Source: Dudresnaya verticillata (Eukaryota). From it: a stretch of 64,000 nucleotides of DNA. Location: positions 2,108,001 through 2,172,000 of the forward strand of contig OZ374562.1 of the NCBI GenBank assembly GCA_977862235.1, in the 5' to 3' direction. Both the position numbers and the translations under genes were made by a program. The notes under the pieces are model-generated. The model made no database searches, was not told the origin of the DNA, and saw only the letters and a program-made list of their open reading frames with translations. Of this stretch, positions 60,234 through 64,000 are shown piece after piece (the stretch's first letter is position 1; every line of letters starts with the position of its first letter).

Positions 60234-62614
60234 TCAAGATTCTTTCGTCACAGACGACTCGGCTGGCACATCCTCAGCAACGCCCTCGGCGGACTCACGC
60301 AGCGCCTCTTCGTGGAGGTCGTCCTCCGTCGTCGACGGTACACTCATGGCAGGAGCTGGGGCGGACCGCAAAGGGCTTGCCACTGTAACTGCCGGATTGG
60401 CCGCAACAGGCGCCGTAGGGGAAAGGAGCGACTTATCAACCGCCTTTGGCGTCGTCGCGACCATATCCGCCACAGACGATGAAGCAACAACACCTGCCAT
60501 AGGTGCAGAGCTCAAGCTATCATTCGCCTTAGGCGCAGGCCCAGACCCATCCGCTTTATGCGCAGTCAACGGCTCATCAACCGCCTTTGGCGTAAGTTCA
60601 GAAACCGCCTCGATTGGCGTCGCCTCTTCACTCGCCTTCGGCGTTGTTAACCCTACACGCGTCACTGACGCAGGAGCACCTGGCCCCTTCTGAGCCGTCG
60701 ACGGCGCTATAGCAGCATTTGCTTCGCTCGCCGCAGGCGGTACAGTCATACTCACGTCTTTAGACGCTGGACCATTCGCCTTAGGCGACGACGGCTTTTC
60801 TGCCACACCGTCATTCGACGCGGAGCCTACGACAATAGTCGATTTCGGCGCGGGCCCACCTTGAGGCGGAACCGCAGCCGACAAAGATTGGCTCACCCAC
60901 TCCGTGGGTGGGCCGCTCAAACCGCTAGTAGCGACGCCGGCAGCCTGCAACAACACAAGGACCGTACGGCGCTGTTCGTCGGTCCATACCAGCACACTGG
61001 GAGCTTTCCCTGAACCGTCTATGACGCTCGATGCTCCGCCTGCTGCCATTGCGGACGGGGGTGGCTCAGACACTGGCACTGCCATAATGACGTAATCCTC
61101 GTCGTCCGCAACGGTCGCCGCAAGGTCCAAGGGCGCGAAAGTGCCCACACCGGTTGGCATCGCACTCGCCGCAAGAGGCCCCGTGGGCAACGTGGCAGAC
61201 GGGAAAAGCGCTTCAGCGGAAGACTCCGTCGCCATAGGCGTAACAATAGCCGTCCCAGACGAGTTATCCGGTCCGCCGTTGGCGTGCAGAGCATCCTCCT
61301 CCGCCATTAAGGCGCTCAAGTGAGGAGGAAAGTCACCGAAAAAGTCGCAGGTCTTACGAAAACTGCGCGGGTGATTACCTGGCGTGAAGCGGTCGGTCTT
61401 GCGATGGCGTTCCGCAATATTATTCGTCGTACGACCCTTTGTCCAAGAGTTGAACCAAATCCAATCACCACAAGCGGAATGAGTACGACTCATCGCGTAA
61501 CGCGGACGATTCGCCTTACGGCGGTTGTTAGCTAACGGCACGGCGACCGGGTCGTTCCAATCGATCTCATCCGCAATAGCGCGCAGGTCCCAGAACGCCT
61601 CGGAGTTCCTGGCACCACCAAATATTTCGACCAAGTCGAGGCTACCGAGGTGGGCGACCACACGCGGTGGTAGATGATACATACGGAAGGTGTCATACAC
61701 CTCCCATAGCCAAGCATACGCCACGTTGGCGACCCACTCGGTGTAGAAAACGATCCAATACCTGGAATCGGGTCGGTCATCAGCTCGGGAACAAGATACG
61801 TGACACACGGGGGGAGCTCTGCTGCGAAACCTTCGCATATCTCGAACTCACGCCATACAGGCGGCACCTCCACAAAACAGTAGGGTAACTTACTACGCTC
61901 AATGCGGTCGATCTGCATGTCCTGGTACGGCACAAACACGCCCTTTTGACGACGCGTTTAACATTCCCAGCGGATACAACGCTTCCAGAAGAACGTGCCC
62001 GTACGATGCAAGTAACGAAAATCCGCTTTTAAGCGTACACCTAAGAGGTAAACCTCTTGCAAAATGCGAGGCTCACTGGACACGATCACTTGTTTCAACG
62101 ACAACGTCCCGAGACGAGCACCATATTCGGCCTCGTCGGCTGTACGGTATTGCCCTGCATCGAAATTGAAAAGGGGCGGCGTTAACGTCGACCCGGGATA
62201 ACGCGTAAAGCGCCGATATGCGTCTGAGATGAACTGCGCGTGGACGTCCGCGCGCGATTGTCCCGCTCGCACCGAAAGCCACTGCACCGGAACCGCGCAG
62301 CGCAACTTCTACCCTAACGTCTAGACGACGAAAAGGGGCAGGCCCCCTGGCAAGAAACCGCTAGTAGCGTAATGGGAAACCAAATCGTCCTCACGCAAAG
62401 CCTCCTGGTCAAACCAGGGGGCCCGCGCGAAGAAATACGCGTGATCGCGAGGATTCTTACCGAAGAAGTCGACAGGTGACGCGTACACCGGCGCGGCCGA
62501 GGGTGCCGCCACTTGCATGCCATTGACGGTCGGAATCACGTCGAAGACGAGAATAGGTTCGCGCCGCTGGCGATGAATCCACAAACGTCGAAGACGACTC
62601 GTATCCGGCGCCAA
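60234..62614 (-). pseudogene. E2 antisense accessory gene, fragmented
   Basis: ORFs 62321-62614, 61958-62305, 61532-61939 and 60234-61838; core homologous to the E1 antisense protein. Confidence 0.78.
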
Positions 62615-62981
62615 TGGGGAAAGTTCTCGAAGCGTGCGTCACAGACGATTACTGTCCAACGCCACTGGCGAAAACCTTACAAACGCACGTCAACGACGAT
62701 TCAGTTACTACGCCTTAGGTGATACGCAAAGCAGGACGCCAACAGGCGAGGGAGTCAGAACGACGTCAACGACGGGGATCGCGAGGCGCCACAGGCGATG
62801 ATATCGGCGTAGTGCAAGGGCACGCGGCACGCAGCACGGGCCAGGTTTCGCACGGCACAGCCGAAGTCGCAACACGCGCGCGCAGACACACGAAGACGAA
62901 GCGCGGGCACGGGCACAGACGAGGGCAAACGCGCGGCGGCAGGTTGAGGGTCGGACGTGTTCGCGTTTTGGAGGAGGGTCG

Positions 62982-63892
62982 TGTGGTGCAAGGGGGGTGA
63001 GCCCCTTTTTTGCTGAAAGCGGAGCAACAAATACGTCGACCGACGAAGAAAGCGCCACCGGCGCTCACCACTGCCGTTGGCGCGCGGACATGTCATCGAC
63101 GGCTCACTGGGGCGCGGGCGCACGTTGCGCGCCGCGCGCCATGCGGGCACTGTACGGGGATGGGCCGACATGGCGCCCCTGGGCACTGTAACACGGATCC
63201 AGATGGGCTCCGGATCCGGTATCGAGATTGGCTATCTGGATCGCCTGCGCTGTAACGTACGCGCCTGTAAGGCTGCGAGTGTTCGCATTGCTGGCCCGGA
63301 TCCAGATGGGGATCGGGATCAGACAAGTATCGGATTAGATCAAGGGCGCACGCTCTACAGTACACGCGCGCGCAGAGCTCTAAGGCGCACGTGTCCCCGT
63401 GTGCGTGTAAGCGCCCACGCAGGGGTTTGCGCGGCAACCTTTCAGGCGCGCGGCTGCATGCGATGAGTGATCTGTCAGACGCGCCTCGGGACGACACGTG
63501 TCCCGAGTTCCCGCGCTACGCACACGCACCGCCGCCGCACCACCGTACTATACTTAGGTAAGCCGTCCCAGACGTAGCAGTAAACGCCCGGGAAAGCCGG
63601 CCTTGGTCCAGACTTCCCCGTTCCGCACGCGCTTACCCTACCGCTGTCTACGGCCTAAGCGTCTACCTCCCGTATTTCCACGTCTATCACCGTCCTTGAC
63701 ATGTTTCCCTTTTGTTTCCTTTCTGTTCCCTTTTTCCTTCCTTTCCGCCTCGGGCGTCTACAGTCCGCCCAAGGCGTGTCAACGGCTCTACCACAAGCCG
63801 CCCAAGGCGAGGCTACTCACCGCCACGGGCGACGCTACCCACCGAGTCCCGAACTGCTCGGCGGAGTTCCGTCTTCAGACGTTTGCACCACA
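62982..63892 (+). repeat. E2 3' LTR (911 bp)
   Basis: Perfect 10-bp terminal inverted repeat TGTGGTGCAA...TTGCACCACA; 3' half matches 45750-46096. Confidence 0.92.
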
Positions 63893-64000
63893 CTTCCACG
63901 AGAGCCAATGCCGCAGAAATGCGACGACACACAGTGTTCAACTTCCGGGAGCTCGAGAGGCCTTTGTGAAGCACTCCGAAGGCAACAGAGCTGTCAATCA

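Larger units (their letters stand above)
45720..63892 (+). mobile_element. E2: decayed Ty3/Gypsy chromodomain-bearing element with antisense gene; hosts E4
   Basis: 5'-truncated 5' LTR (45720-46096), PBS 46099-46116, gag, pol, PPT GGAGGAGGG, 3' LTR 62982-63892. Confidence 0.92.

Overview
Eukaryotic, transposon-dense window. Red algal (florideophyte-like) origin is my inference from the element types and gene style and is not established. Most of the window is nested mobile DNA, with five distinct Ty3/Gypsy LTR retrotransposons. E0 is a 3' part only (1-19046). E1 is young and near-intact (5176-18551). E2 is decayed (45720-63892). E3 is a 5' part only (37187-~43460). E4 is inserted in reverse into E2 (50841-56330). 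There are also six solo LTRs resolved by termini and target-site duplications (TSDs), a PIF/Harbinger DNA transposon (20020-23760) and LINE RT remnants. One convincing host gene (33269-35097, one intron, RanBP2-type zinc finger, C-terminal eh1-like motif) lies behind an ~8 kb microsatellite-rich region with no recognisable TE. Main highlights: (1) a homologous antisense accessory gene between pol and the 3' LTR in E0, E1 and E2, each family carrying its own short-motif enrichment; (2) a hidden extra ORF upstream of gag in E3 with two matrin/U1-type C2H2 fingers; (3) gag and pol in the same frame but bridged by a short -1-frame ORF in three families, suggesting a -1/+1 double frameshift or splicing; (4) a tRNA-Tyr-like PBS, and an element with TG...GA ends, a 4-bp TSD and a WFDD RT motif. 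All alignments and counts were done by eye and no searches were run.
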